Below, piece after piece: positions 1 through 13,300 of a stretch of DNA of 64,000 bases. A program made the position numbers and the translations under genes. Origin of the DNA: Phoronis australis (lineage: Eukaryota > Animalia > Phoronida); NCBI GenBank assembly GCA_002633005.1, contig NMRA01000008.1:1-64000 (forward strand). The letters are read 5' to 3'. The notes beneath the pieces are model-generated. The model was not told where the DNA came from. It saw only the letters and a program-made list of their open reading frames with translations, and searched no databases. Each line of letters starts with the position of its first letter. The stretch's first letter is position 1.

Positions 1-544
1 TGTTAGTTTATATGACATACTGTTGTGCAGTCTTAAATACATGTATTTTCAAAGTGCTTGAAATAAATTTCATTATCATTTTTGTTAGTTCCTCTTGCAA
101 TCACTAGCTCCTAAAACTGTAATGGGGACGCCAACGTGCGGCTCTAGTGTGCTGACCCCTGTAAAGATTTGTGAAGCAGTTTTAGTAAAAAACAGCAAAC
201 TTCTTAGTGCAGAGAAGAAACGATGTGTGAGATTTCTGTTACAAAACTTAGAAATGCGCTAACTTCGTGACTGCTGACAATGATCATAAAAATTTTTAAA
301 AAAAATTATGGGTGGTTGCATTTCATACTTATAAAAAATTATAGGTGGTGGGCTTAAGAAAAAAATGAAAAGTATGGGTGGTGGGTGCAAAAAAAAAGTG
401 CCTTCCCCCCCCTCCCATACAGATTTTACTGGAACAGCCCTGAGTAAAAATGCAGTTTTCTCTACTTATTTGCAAATGTCTTGTATGCACGCATGGCAGG
501 CTCAGAAGTAGTGTCAGTGACAGACTTTGGGAACTTTCTTGCAG

Positions 545-657
545 AGATGAGGCCGCTGGCTTTTGTTACTTCAACGACATCGTGCTAGCCATATTGACGT
601 TACGTGAGAAATATGACAAGGTCCTCTACATTGACCTTGACCTTCATCATGGAGATG
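545..657 (+). CDS. HDAC8: Histone deacetylase 8, single internal exon (rest of gene not visible)
   Basis: ttgcag acceptor, 113-bp exon, gtaaat donor. Translates (R)[38 protein letters not shown], with the class I HDAC GFCYxND motif and the Zn-binding DLDLHHGDG; DEAxG and DLDLHH are HDAC8-type. Confidence 0.88.
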
Positions 658-1283
658 GTAAATCCAACATGGCAGACAACTGTTTTAATAGAAATAAAAT
701 GATTTAACGAANACAAAGAGTTATAAAAGATATAGTCCCAACAAGTGAAGGATCCACACAACAGTCAGTTCATTCTCTTTCAAACAAGTGATAATCATCC
801 ACCAATTGCACCACAGACCATTATTTCTATCACTCCCACTAGAGGGAGCAACTAGTCTTGATGAACGTATGTGGAATGGCCGATTGGTTTGCACGACGTG
901 TGAATTGTGTGCATTAAACTATGCTGCTATTTGTAATTCTGCCGCTATTCACCCAAATAAGTGCCCATGCCCCTATAAGTGCCCCCAAGCGTACTTGTTT
1001 ACTGAATCATACCGCCATAACCACAATGCAACATTTGGCATACGGCGGCATTGCAACTCCGCCACTGAGTTCACAAAGAAAGATCCTGTAGAGACGGGTG
1101 CAAAAAATTAAATTATCATGCTGGGACGAAGCTTTAATCAGATCTATCATGAAGATTCGTCGAGGAACCAGATAGATAGTGATTAAAGTAGACACAAAGA
1201 AAACTTAGAAGATGTCAGTAACAATTCTTTAGATATGCCTTTTGATATGATGTAAACAGCTGTAGTGTCTAGTTTTGACTCAC

Positions 1284-1361
1284 TGCCAATATCTCCATTC
1301 TCAACTGCCGCTCGTCATCATCTTGGTCACCATATTTCTTCTTCATCTTCTTCATTTTGGC
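1284..1361 (-). CDS. NEMF: NEMF exon 20
   Basis: [26 protein letters not shown], gtgagt donor. Confidence 0.92.
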
Positions 1362-4300
1362 CTTCAATACATTTGTGAAAAGTTTTGTAAGTGATGTTTT
1401 GAAGAAATTACATGACGTGTTTAGTGAAAACGTTTGAAAACAGAATGCAGCATAGTGCACCGAGATTAAGCGACAAAATTTTTCTTTAGAAATGACAGTC
1501 AAGTGTTTCAAAAGTTGTAATTTTCAAAATAATTGAACAAGAACCTCACATTAACACTATTTCTCATTTCCTATAACTCTCTCACCCTCTGTCCTCTCTT
1601 GGGTTGTTGCTGTTGTTGTTGTTGTTGTTGTTGGGACTGGTCATCTTCATACCCGTTCACCAGCTGATCAGATGGGGTCAATCTCAACTCATCATCGCAC
1701 ACAGCACTGGTTTCTTCATCCAAACCTCCAGTTAAATCTTGTTCACCCTTCTTCTTTTTCTTCAATTCCCTGCACAATACAAAACTACACATGCTCATTT
1801 TGTAACATACCTGGCCAGTTCCTGGATACATTTTCATATCCATTTTTTTGTCTTCTTACAGAATCTCTCACGAAACCCTAATTGTCAACAGACCTTGTGC
1901 TGTTACACCCTTCTTATTGAGCTGGTCCTCAGTCTCTAAATTTGTTCTCCCAATAACAAACTTAGCTTATCCAAGTCTTGTTAAAAGTAAACTTCAAGCA
2001 AAATTCTCCTTAGTATACTGTTTTTACTATTTGTTTCTGTTAAATAGCTACAAAATGCCTTCTTCATCTTTTTTCTCAGGGATTTTTACTGATGATTATT
2101 AGTTGTTACGGATTTCCTCTCTTCACATTTCAAAAAGTAAGACAAAAACATCACTATTGGCAAACTCATTAGAAGTGGCATGGATTGTGAGATTAGTATT
2201 TTGTAATACCTCGTAGAATTATCACAGACTCTCAGCAACACTGTTGTTGAAACATGTCTACATACAGGTCTGAAATTGGAAAAAATGTCAGATGACAGCT
2301 ATACCTTCTCTGTTTGGCTGTAAGTCTCTGAGGAACTTTGACCTCTGTTTTAACCTCATTTTCAAAAGGGTCATTATGTGATGATGACGTACTGATGGTC
2401 CTTTGGAGCTCAAACCTAAAATTGTCAAAACATATAATTGATAATAAAAAGTATACTGAGCATTGATGTGACTATAACTTTGGGACATCCTGTTTCACAC
2501 AATGGCAAGAGTTGAATGTTTTGATTTAATTTTGTGACGGTTACAAAAATAGAGTCATGAAAAAAGGCTAGTTAACCCCTCTTGTTCTCTATGGTCATTA
2601 TGGGGTCAAAATGGAGCTCATAGGTGTTGTTTTTGGCTTAATAAACTGTTTCAATCTTATTTCACCACACTTAGAAGTTGGCCATTCTTGCACCACAGAT
2701 GCAGCACTCAATATAACCTTAACAATGTACAAGACGTTTGGTTCAGTCATAGTGAATAATTGGCTGCTGTTACACACGGAATACTCCCACACGTGAAAAA
2801 CTAACTCAAGTAACTCGAAGGCATGTTTATGCAATGCACTCTAAAACAAAAACAGCTAAGAAGCACAACAGTCACACAATTCAGGGAAACACTTCTAACA
2901 AAACAAATTCTGCACACAGTCAAATTATACAAATCAGATTGTTGGAGTGTGGTTCATTGTTAACTATGTAAATTAGAACTGAAAAGGTCATCAAATTTTA
3001 GTTAACACAAATATTTCATTCCTTAAAGCTGCATTTCACCCTGATTAGTTGGTTAAAAACAAAACTTAAATTCCATACTGTGATAAGATTCTATTTCAAT
3101 TAAAGAACAAGAACATTAAAATTGCTAATTACTCAAGAAAATGTTTCAGAGTTTATTGGGATGGTAAACCCTAAAATTGCGGATTGGAAAAAGGCACACG
3201 CATGCACTGCCTGGCACTCATTCAATAATAATTCAAGAATTAGATGAACATAGCAATGTTTTCAAGCCCAAAGTGCCTTGGTTAAAAACTTTAACCTTGA
3301 AGGCTAAACAGTTGCAAAATGCAGCAGCTTTAACCTGTTGTCACTTCTATAAAAGCAGAAAATAGTCTCACAAGACTGTATTATTGACAGTGGTTTTATT
3401 ATGGATAGCAGTCACGTACTTGTCACCAGCCACATGAGCCAGACTTATGCTCGTATCCGGGAATGCAGCCTCATTCTCGTCTGCCTCGTCTTCAGTTTCC
3501 TTAACACTCCTGTCTTCATGTCTGTTCATACTCAAAACTTCATTCACTGCACACGTCTCATGTGTGTTCATGCAATCACTATTAACATCTATTGAACTTT
3601 CCTCAGCCACATCACAATCCTTTATCGTCAATTCACCAACAGATGGCAGTGGAGCAGAGACATTATCCTTCATACCACTACACTCCCCTGTCCTTGAGGC
3701 ACTTTCACTGTCTTGTATTGGACTGAGGCTTGCATCAGAACTGACAGTATCTGTCTCGTCTGAATCACTGTCACTAATGTCAAGCTCAACAGAGTCCTGG
3801 GCATCACTCTCAGATGTGCTCTCAGACATTTTGTCTTCCTCAGCTATACGTACTTGTCTCTCTCCTTTATGACGAAACACTGATCCTTCATCAACCTGGA
3901 AAAATCATAATAAAGAATAAATAATATAACCGACATACCAAAAACACACCAAATTAAAATCCATGGGAAATCTTTATTAAATTCTATTCTTTATAGGCAT
4001 CGTCTTAATGTGAACACTATAACTCCTTATTTCACAAAGTCAGCTACAATTAAAAGAGAAACTTTAATGACCTAAACCTAATTTTCTTATTTGTGCTTTA
4101 AACAAAGCAGATAACTTTGTGACATATGGCAACACATTCAACATTTAACTACCCGTACATTCCACATTTTATCACTTGGTATCATGTTGCTCTTTCCCTC
4201 CCACTCTTCCTGGGCTGCACACCATAGTCACAAAAACTTGTGAAAACGCAAGATTATGCAAGTCTTAACAAGCACCTCAGACCTCTGACTAAATCTTAGA

Positions 4301-7300
4301 CCCTTCTCACCTTAAAGAGCACCCCAAAACCATAGACCAGGTGAGAGGGTGGTAGGTAGTTCTTCTTGCCTCGGATCATGAAACTACCTGTTGTCAGGTA
4401 TTCACCAGTTGGGGCTGTCTTGGACACCTAACACAACAATAATTACAAAAAGGTGATGCTAATGGTTTCAATGTAGGAAATTAATTATGTATAAAACACA
4501 TTATATAGTGCTTCTTGTCAAGTTTTCAATTCAAACACTATCACTGCCAGCATCCAAGTTATTATCACTGAACTATTGAGGTATTACTGAACTGTCACCA
4601 TCAGTATCAATATCACAATAAAGAACAATTATAGTATTATTGTTTTCGTTAGGTTTATTATCATTGCGATCAGTAAAATGCAGAATTCAACCCTTAATAA
4701 CAGATAGGTGTACAACTAACAAAAGCTAACCTGGGCTGCACTCTATTGATTCAAAACACTCATGAGAAAAGCCAGTGTTGTCACATACTTTGCTTATAAT
4801 GCATAGCCATATCTCATCAAAACTTGCATGATCTTGTCAACAGAATGCAACATTGTTCAAAGCAGAACATTCCTCATCAGAGTTTTGATCCAAAGATGCT
4901 AGTCTCAAACTAAATGTGTTTGTGTAACATATTTTATTACAATCACCAATAACATAACAATTATTGAGTATGCAAACCATGACTACCACACCTGGTTATG
5001 ATAGACCCACCAGGCGCTCGTCACCACTTTGGCATCCCAAGCTGCACTGTTACATATGGCCATTGTGCCAGCCTCATTAAGTGTTTTAGGTGGTATCGGG
5101 TCCTTCGTATGGTTCTTGACGATGACACTGCTAGCACCATGTAAGTCAGCATGCACGTAGATATCACCTGAAGAGAGAAGGAAACAGTAAGAATAAACTG
5201 AAGAGCCATCAGTGCACGGTGGAAAATTAAATGACAATTTCATCAAAGAATAGGTTGATACACATACAAAAATGAAACAGTCAATGGGGAGGTCAGCAGT
5301 ACAAAATCTATCTAAAAATTGGACAGAGCACACCTGCCATGCTTTATGATAATCCTTCAAGAGGTAGAACTGTTGACACCAGACCCACAGCTAAAGCAGT
5401 TTATTCTCACCACCTATGCAGAAGCATAAAATGCATTCCATTCTCACCTGGTTTCAGGTATCTCTTATAGATGATCTCATTCTGTTGCTGGTCTCTTCCA
5501 GCGATCACAAGGAAGTTTTCGGAAGTTACGAACCACAAAAACTTTTCAAACCTGAAACACCAAAGACAAGATCTGCACTGATGAATCATTTTGAAAGAAT
5601 CATAACCAAATAAATTTTGACTTCCAATGCTGACAGCATTTTTGATGTAAAAGTTCAACAATTATCTATCAAAGGTTCATCTACAGTACAAAAAAGAATT
5701 GAATATCACACTGAAACCACACTTGAAGTTACAAAGCTTTCTTAATAAACAATTACACGTTTCACTCGCACTTTTCCCAACTAAGATAAAATTATAGGGG
5801 AACAATTTCAACATAGTTCATTATTTTTGCTTGTGATATATTTTCTTCACAAAGCACACCATTGCCAAGATGTCCACATCCTGATGGGCTCCAATGACAA
5901 GACTGCAACTTGGACTGCAATCAAACTCACCAATGCACTTTCCTCAGTTTCTGAATGGTTACTTTGGTCGCCACTTCCTTCAACGTTTCCTTTGTTTTGC
6001 GTTCAGCAGATTTTAAAGCCTGGATTACACAGCGAAAAGATGGCAATGAATTATATTAATGACAAAACTGATGACGCAAGAGATGACAGACACTCATAAT
6101 GATGGCAGGTGTCAAAAGGTGGCTAAGTATAGGCTCTCCCGCGATATCCCAGGCGACCGGCAGTGGCGCTGCGCACTACGACCATTACCAGCAATTCGTA
6201 AACTAGGTCATCCGCCAGGTTCTCTGGGTAAACTAGGTCATCGCTTATGGACCAGTTAGCGCTTCACTCTCCGTGTGTCTACTGGAGAGAAGCACCAGGA
6301 AGGTTGTTCTACATTTTGTAGCCCAAAATTACCAAGGTTCAAATATATTCCGTTAAAAAGGAAAGACAAAACATATTATTACAGATGTCTGGCCAATATC
6401 ATGAGTCACCACTCGTAAGCAAACCAAAGCTGTCCTTACTCCGGTTGCCTTATCTCGCACTACCTCAATCGACTAGTTTTCAGTTCGCAATGCAACAATA
6501 CAATTCTCATAAATTCAACTTGTAATGACCCCTTTCAAATTTAAACCATGCCCGAAGTACTCGGAAACAAATTATTGTTAGGTACAATGAGGTTTTTTTG
6601 TCTGAAGTGGATCGTTAACACCTCAGGTGAGTTTTCCGCACATAGCTACTTAGGTTTAGAGCTGAATTTTAGCTACCATACTATGGGCCGGGCCGGTCAA
6701 GGGCCAATTTCTGTTGTACACACTACTTAGAGCATCGGAATCAAACTGTTATATATAGAGAAAACGTTTATTAGTATACTAGTGTGAATATTATCAGTGA
6801 TTTAACCAATAACTTCGAATTAACTAGGCCCACTAATGATAGTCTATGATGATAAACTGATATCACAAGAGCAATGCAGAGCGTTGAAATGCGCCCACAA
6901 TTGCACCGCATCCGCATACAGTATCCTTCTAGGGTTGTTTATTGGTACCATAAAGTGGCCAGTAGAGGGCATATATGTAGTATGTTGTACTTTGCAAAAT
7001 AGAAAGGCATGGTCATTGTCTCCTCAATAGGCTAGGGGCAAAATGTGAGTAATCTTCATAATACAAGCACATCCTATACACCAGTTGCTTAAAGCACCAA
7101 AGAAACATAGAATTAAAAACAAATTTACCAACATACGAGATTAGCACAGCATTAGAATGCCAGAAACAAATTTCTACTTGGAACTTTTCCTTCANNNNNN
7201 NNNNNNNNNNNNNNNNNNNNNNNNNNNNNNNNNNNNNNNNNNNNNNNNNNNNNNNNNNNNNNNNNNNNNNNNNNNNNNNNNNNNNNNNNNNNNNNNNNNN

Positions 7301-10300
7301 NNNNNNNNNNNNNNNNNNNNNNNNNNNNNNNNNNNNNNNNNNNNNNNNNNNNNNNNNNNNNNNNNNNNNNNNNNNNNNNNNNNNNNNNNNNNNNNNNNNN
7401 NNNNNNNNNNNNNNNNNNNNNNNNNNNNNNNNNNNNNNNNNNNNNNNNNNNNNNNNNNNNNNNNNNNNNNNNNNNNNNNNNNNNNNNNNNNNNNNNNNNN
7501 NNNNNNNNNNNNNNNNNNNNNNNNNNNNNNNNNNNNNNNNNNNNNNNNNNNNNNNNNNNNNNNNNNNNNNNNNNNNNNNNNNNNNNNNNNNNNNNNNNNN
7601 NNNNNNNNNNNNNNNNNNNNNNNNNNNNNNNNNNNNNNNNNNNNNNNNNNNNNNNNNNNNNNNNNNNNNNNNNNNNNNNNNNNNNNNNNNNNNNNNNNNN
7701 NNNNNNNNNNNNNNNNNNNNNNNNNNNNNNNNNNNNNNNNNNNNNNNNNNNNNNNNNAAACACTAAAAATGGCCATTAGGTGGCGCAAACTATGTCGAAT
7801 CCATCTGAAAACGGCAGGATAGCGTCATCTCACTACTAGGTGCCTACATACCAAATTTCATGAAAATCCGTTCAGGACTTTTGAAGATACAAAGGTAAGC
7901 GTAAAAAAACAAAATTGCCACTAGGGGGCACACCGGTAGTCGGATCCGTCCGAAAGTTCGCACATGCCGTCCCATCGATGAATGGAACATATGTGCCAAA
8001 TTTCATGAACGTATGTCAAAGGGTTTTGAAGATAGAGCAGCGGACGGACGGACGGACAGAGATTACGGCATAATGCGTCCACATATAAATATGTGGGCGC
8101 ATAAAAAGGCCAAAATTGGCAATTTTCGGCTACCCCATGTTAAATACAAAATTTTGTCTAATTTTCTTCAAACTCCTACATTTCAATCTTGGTTATACTG
8201 ACATCTGTTGGGTCTATCCGCAACTAACGGCACATGAAAGGCTTGGTCGAATATTATCGTTTTCTCACATGCACTTTCGGGTTTTTAGCGGCGATTCCAC
8301 TGATCGAAGCGACAAAATAAGCCAAAACTTTGGCCATAACATGTTAAACATAAATTTTTTTCCATTTTGCTGAAACTTGGCCACGTTTTTAACAAAATAC
8401 TTAACTATGTTATGTGCTATCGGCAAATGTGATTGATTCATAAATAAGACCCTCACGCTGTGTTTTCTGCAAATCCCATGTATCCTGAAGGGGGCTAACT
8501 GAGGGATTTTCGCGCATGCGCAGTTCACGGTTTCAATATTGCTGGTAATGTCCGTTTCCGTCGCCTGCTCCACTGTGCAATGAAGAAAATTTACTTCATT
8601 TTTTAAAGAAAATGGAACCTGAGTGACGATGAAAAAACAGAAGCTGCTGGTAAGATGTGAATTTTAATCGAAGTCTTAGTGAATCACTCAGAAACTCCTA
8701 ATTCTCCCTTTGTCAAACCTTAACTTAAGACGATTTTCAAATCAATCCCGTCATTATTGCTAACACGAAAAACGGATTTGGTTTTTTATGCATTTGAAGA
8801 CTTACTATTTTAAATACAACAAATTTGTTAAGAACCGATTGCACAAAAAAAACGTGTAATAAGCATAACAAAAAGAATTTGGTTTCGCGCGCAAATGCTG
8901 TGGATCATAAACAAGTAGGTCTTTTAGTAAATGTTTAGCAGTTAAATCGTGGTGGTGTAGTGGTAAAGCACGCGCGCTCTATCCGCCAGGTCGTGAGTTC
9001 GAGTCTGTGGTACTTGCAGTTTTTCCTGTTTGACACGTTCTCCGTATTTTTTTTGTCTTTTTTTTTCTTGGATAATACTTCAGGAATCAAGGAAAATGCT
9101 TGATTTTTAGAGAAAAAACAGAAAGATTTCCCTTTCGACGTTCCCCCATTCGGTGCTATACGCATCTATAATCGTGGTTTACTTACAGCCGGACAAAAGG
9201 TTGGCCCCCTTGTGATATCCTAGATCCGCCACTGATTCATTTCAATATTTGACTTAGAGTTGAGGTCGCTTATTAAGGTCCTAGACAACCTTAAGGTAAA
9301 CACATTTACAGTATAGACCAGGGTCTTACCAATGCCACATCATGAATTTCAAGTTTCTCATTGGCTTGGAAACTAATAGAAGCCCTAGTGTGGCTTGGAA
9401 ACTAATAGAAGCCCTAGTGACTGACGTTTTACTTACTTTATTGGAGGCATCAACAGTCTTCTGTTCCTTGACAGCTGCTGACTTCTTCAAGTCAAAATAC
9501 CTGATGAAAACAAAGGAACATTAATGAACTCATACCAGCATTTTCAGGATAGTACAATGTTACTGTTAAACTTTACCTGGTCAACAACCACAATTTTCTT
9601 TCCCTAATAGTATGTAAAAGGGATGCTAATGTCCAAGAAGTCTCAAAGAGTTTGTCCTATTGTGGCAAACCTACTCCGTATTCCTTCTAATTGATAATAA
9701 TGTATAAACTGGAAGGATCGACCGATTTAAAAACAGCACAAACAACTGCTTCCACTTGGGATGTTTTTGAGGTGCTCAGTGGGCTTATTATTCTAGCCTT
9801 AGTTACACAACTGTGAGATCAAGCATGTGGTTTCACATTTTGGCGAAGTCATTGTTATAAAGCCCTTGTTTTCAATGAAAGTGATCACTGTCTCAATGAA
9901 GAAAAATGTTTAAGACAAAAAATCAGCTCTCTGTCTAAAGTCATGAGAATAAATTCAAAATTTAGATGATTTACAAACTAATCTAATTGTGAAATGATTA
10001 GCATCAGGATAAAACAACCACTGGCATGTATTCACCAACGACTGAATATTTTCATGAGTGAATATAGCAGCAACAATTATTACTTGGCGAAATTTAAATT
10101 TCGCCAAGTATGTTGCTCTTCCACTAAGTTTGTTTTTTTTACTTGGCGGAATTCTTCCGCCAAGTATGTTGCTCTGACAGCAAGTTTTTTTTTTTTGTTT
10201 GTTTGTTCGCTCTCTACAGGTCGCAATTCTGGTCCGATTTTCACAAAATTTGCACACAACATGTAGATCGGGAATCACTGGAACGCTATTGTTTTTGGTC

Positions 10301-13300
10301 ATGATCGGATACAAAATGGCGGACATGGCGGCCATTTTGTATCCGATTTCACAGTCAAATACTCGTAGAGGCCGCATTTTTCGACATACATGGCTGAAAA
10401 TCGGTACGAATATACTAGAACGCATGTGCTACAATTGTGCAGAAAATCGTTGACTTCCGGTTAAAGATGNGGTCACGTATGCACGCAGCTGGCTGGCTTT
10501 CAGTTGGTTCACTTTGTTTTGGTTATGCCTAGTAGACTGGACCGTCATGTTGCGCCATCTATTGTTCTTCATTGTAGTTCATTATATGCTCTCTATTCGA
10601 TTTCTTCGCTAGTCACATGAATGTTACCGTGTTATCCATTATTGCCGCCTTGATCGTCATGATTGTCGTCGTCGCTCTCATTGTCGTCTTTTCGATTAAT
10701 TCCGCCAAGTGTCGCTCTTCCGAGCGCTCTCGTTTTTTTTTTGTTTGTTCGCACGATACAGGTCGCAATTTTCGTCCGATCCTCACGAAATTTACACATA
10801 ACACGTACTTCCGGAAGTACAGGAAGCCTATTGTTTTTCGTCAAAATCGGATCCAAGATGGCGGCTGTGGCGACCATTTTGTTTTCATTTGAAGGTTCAA
10901 ATGCTTCTGGAGGCTACAATTTTTTACGTAAAAGGCTAAGAATCGGCACAGTAAATGGACCGGAAGTTATCTACAAGTATACCGGAAATTGATTACTTCC
11001 GGTTAAAGATGGCGGAAATATCGGCGATCACGCATGCGCACCTCGATTTTGGCCTAAAAACGTTTTCTCCCGTAGAGGGCGCATTATCAGACCAATTCTT
11101 TCGAATTTTTACAGGTATTAGTTTCTTATGACATGCTATTATACAAAGCCAAAAAACCGGAAGTTGCTTTCAAGATGGCGGATCTGGCGCATGTTGACCC
11201 ATTTTCAGTCGTGCTGGAGTGCGATTTTACACGGGAAGAGAAAAAGACGTGGTTTTTTGCATGTGGATTCTTTAAAGTATATTCTTTCAAATGGCCTGTA
11301 ACAATTTTTTTCTCAGACTTACCGTTTTCGAGTTATTTGACTTTGAATTTCTTAAAAAAAACGCAAAATTTCATTTTTTTTCGAAAAATATACGGAATTA
11401 GGCGATACCATCAGTTTAGATAGAATTTTGAACGGGCTTTCAGGAGATGTTTTCCATTTTTTGCTAGGACGTCTACTTTTCGAGTTATTTGAGATTTTAT
11501 GATAACGCTGTTCCTTTGTTGAGCGCTCTTGCTGCATTGATTTTGTTTATCTTCTATTGAACAAGACTGTAGCCTATTTCTTATTGATTTATGACATCTA
11601 AGTTCGTCATAAGAATGTTGTGATGTTGTTCATCATCGCCACCACCATCATCATATTCGTCATCATCTCCGTCGTTGTCTTTTCCTTAATTTCGCCAAGT
11701 GTCGCTCAAGACTATCCTTTTTGTTACTGATTTCGGACTTCTACGTTCGTCATGTGTATGTTATTATTACTTCTTTTGTTCATCCTCGCCACCATCGTCG
11801 TCATATTCGTCATCATCTTTATTGTCATCTTTTTGGTTAATTTCGCCCCTCGGAGCGCTTTCAGTTTCATTGTTCCCTTTCTTCACAGAACATGATAAAC
11901 CTGACCAAACTCAGTCGTACTTGCGAGCATTAGCGTACGCTGACAATGCTAAGTCAATGTCCACCTTCATTGGCTTCAATTCTTCATCTTCTTCTTCATC
12001 ACTGTCAAAACTCACATAGGGAAATCTACGAAAATCAAGGTTCAAGTGAAGATAACATCCTTATATTTTCTAATAACTAGACCTTAACAATGTTAAATTT
12101 TTCCACATCAATTCAAGCATTTTAGAAAATCATTGGCTATCACTTTGCTCTGGTTTCACATGATCAAACATTTCATGTCCTCAAAAAGCAGACTAGACAC
12201 TCAAAATGTATCTTATTGAACGCAAGCATTTCATACGTGTGTTAGATGATACATAATTTGAACATGTTTAGACAGGTACCTCACACATCTCTTAAATGCT
12301 CATGTTTCCCATAGTCAAGGCTTTATCACATTTAACTTGAACACCATAACTACCATCAGAAAACATTTTGAGAAACTGGGAGTGTTCACACAATGTTAGG
12401 ATATGGCCTATTTTGGCAATTATTCTTGTCCCAAATTGGTGACATTTTACCACACTCTTCAATCATTATATCAATAAATCCAATGAGAAGTCCAAAGCTT
12501 ACCCCAACAACATGGTGATGTGGTTGATGTTCAACTTAAGACCCTTTATGGCCCCAGCCACAGGGTCACCCTGTAGTTGGGCCTCCTTCACAAGGTTCTG
12601 TATCTCTGTCCAGTCAATCTGATTGGCCAGGGCAGTTCGCACGACACCTATGGCTCGTTCAACCTGAAGTTCAGTTACATTATCATAGGAAACACTGAGG
12701 TCAGAAACCACCAAATTTAATTCCTGACTTGACTCAAAGTATTGATCAATCCCGTGGCATGCTTTGCACATTTTAAATTTCACACCATGACATTGTTCAA
12801 TTTCTGAGATGCACTTCCATTAAAGTTTGATGGTGTCAGTCTAAAAGACAGGGCTTGGAATGACCAATGACAAAAAACGCGGAAATTCTGAAACTTTTAC
12901 GGCCCAAATCATGCCCGATAACCAGCCTTGAAATGGTCAATGTGAACCTTTCCCCGACAAAAAAACATTACCACCATCAGTAGCATGCGTCTGCGTCCTT
13001 TTAGCTCGCCCGTCCACTCCCAACCCACACATTTTTGGCTGCAGAGCAGTGGTATTTGTCGCCGCGCTTAACAATAACACGAGACGCCATTGAAAATTAC
13101 ACCACGCTGTCCCAGGTGCCCCGGCAATGTTGACAATTTACGTTCCTCCGAAACATAAAGAGCAACTTCCGCTTTTGGAGGTGAACGTCGTATGCAACGC
13201 CGCGGTAAGAAAGGAATTTGCCGCGGAAATTTTATATCAAATCCGATTTTTTTACGCGGAAATATTATTAAAAAAGCGGAAAGCACATTTGAAAAAAGCG

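Noticed and set aside
1811-1843. Minus-strand MYPGTGQ with strong gtatgt donor, resembling HDAC FFPGTG or a NEMF cassette exon
   Set aside because: Wrong strand for HDAC8, and it would leave only a 41-nt intron before NEMF exon 19
3447-3872. 141-aa Ser/Leu-rich + strand ORF
   Set aside because: Antisense shadow of acidic NEMF exon 17
7152-7822. Long ORFs of X residues (also 25173-25835)
   Set aside because: Artefacts of translating N gaps
9955-11423. Several overlapping ORFs on both strands
   Set aside because: Lie within a non-coding repeat family; no transposase or helicase motifs
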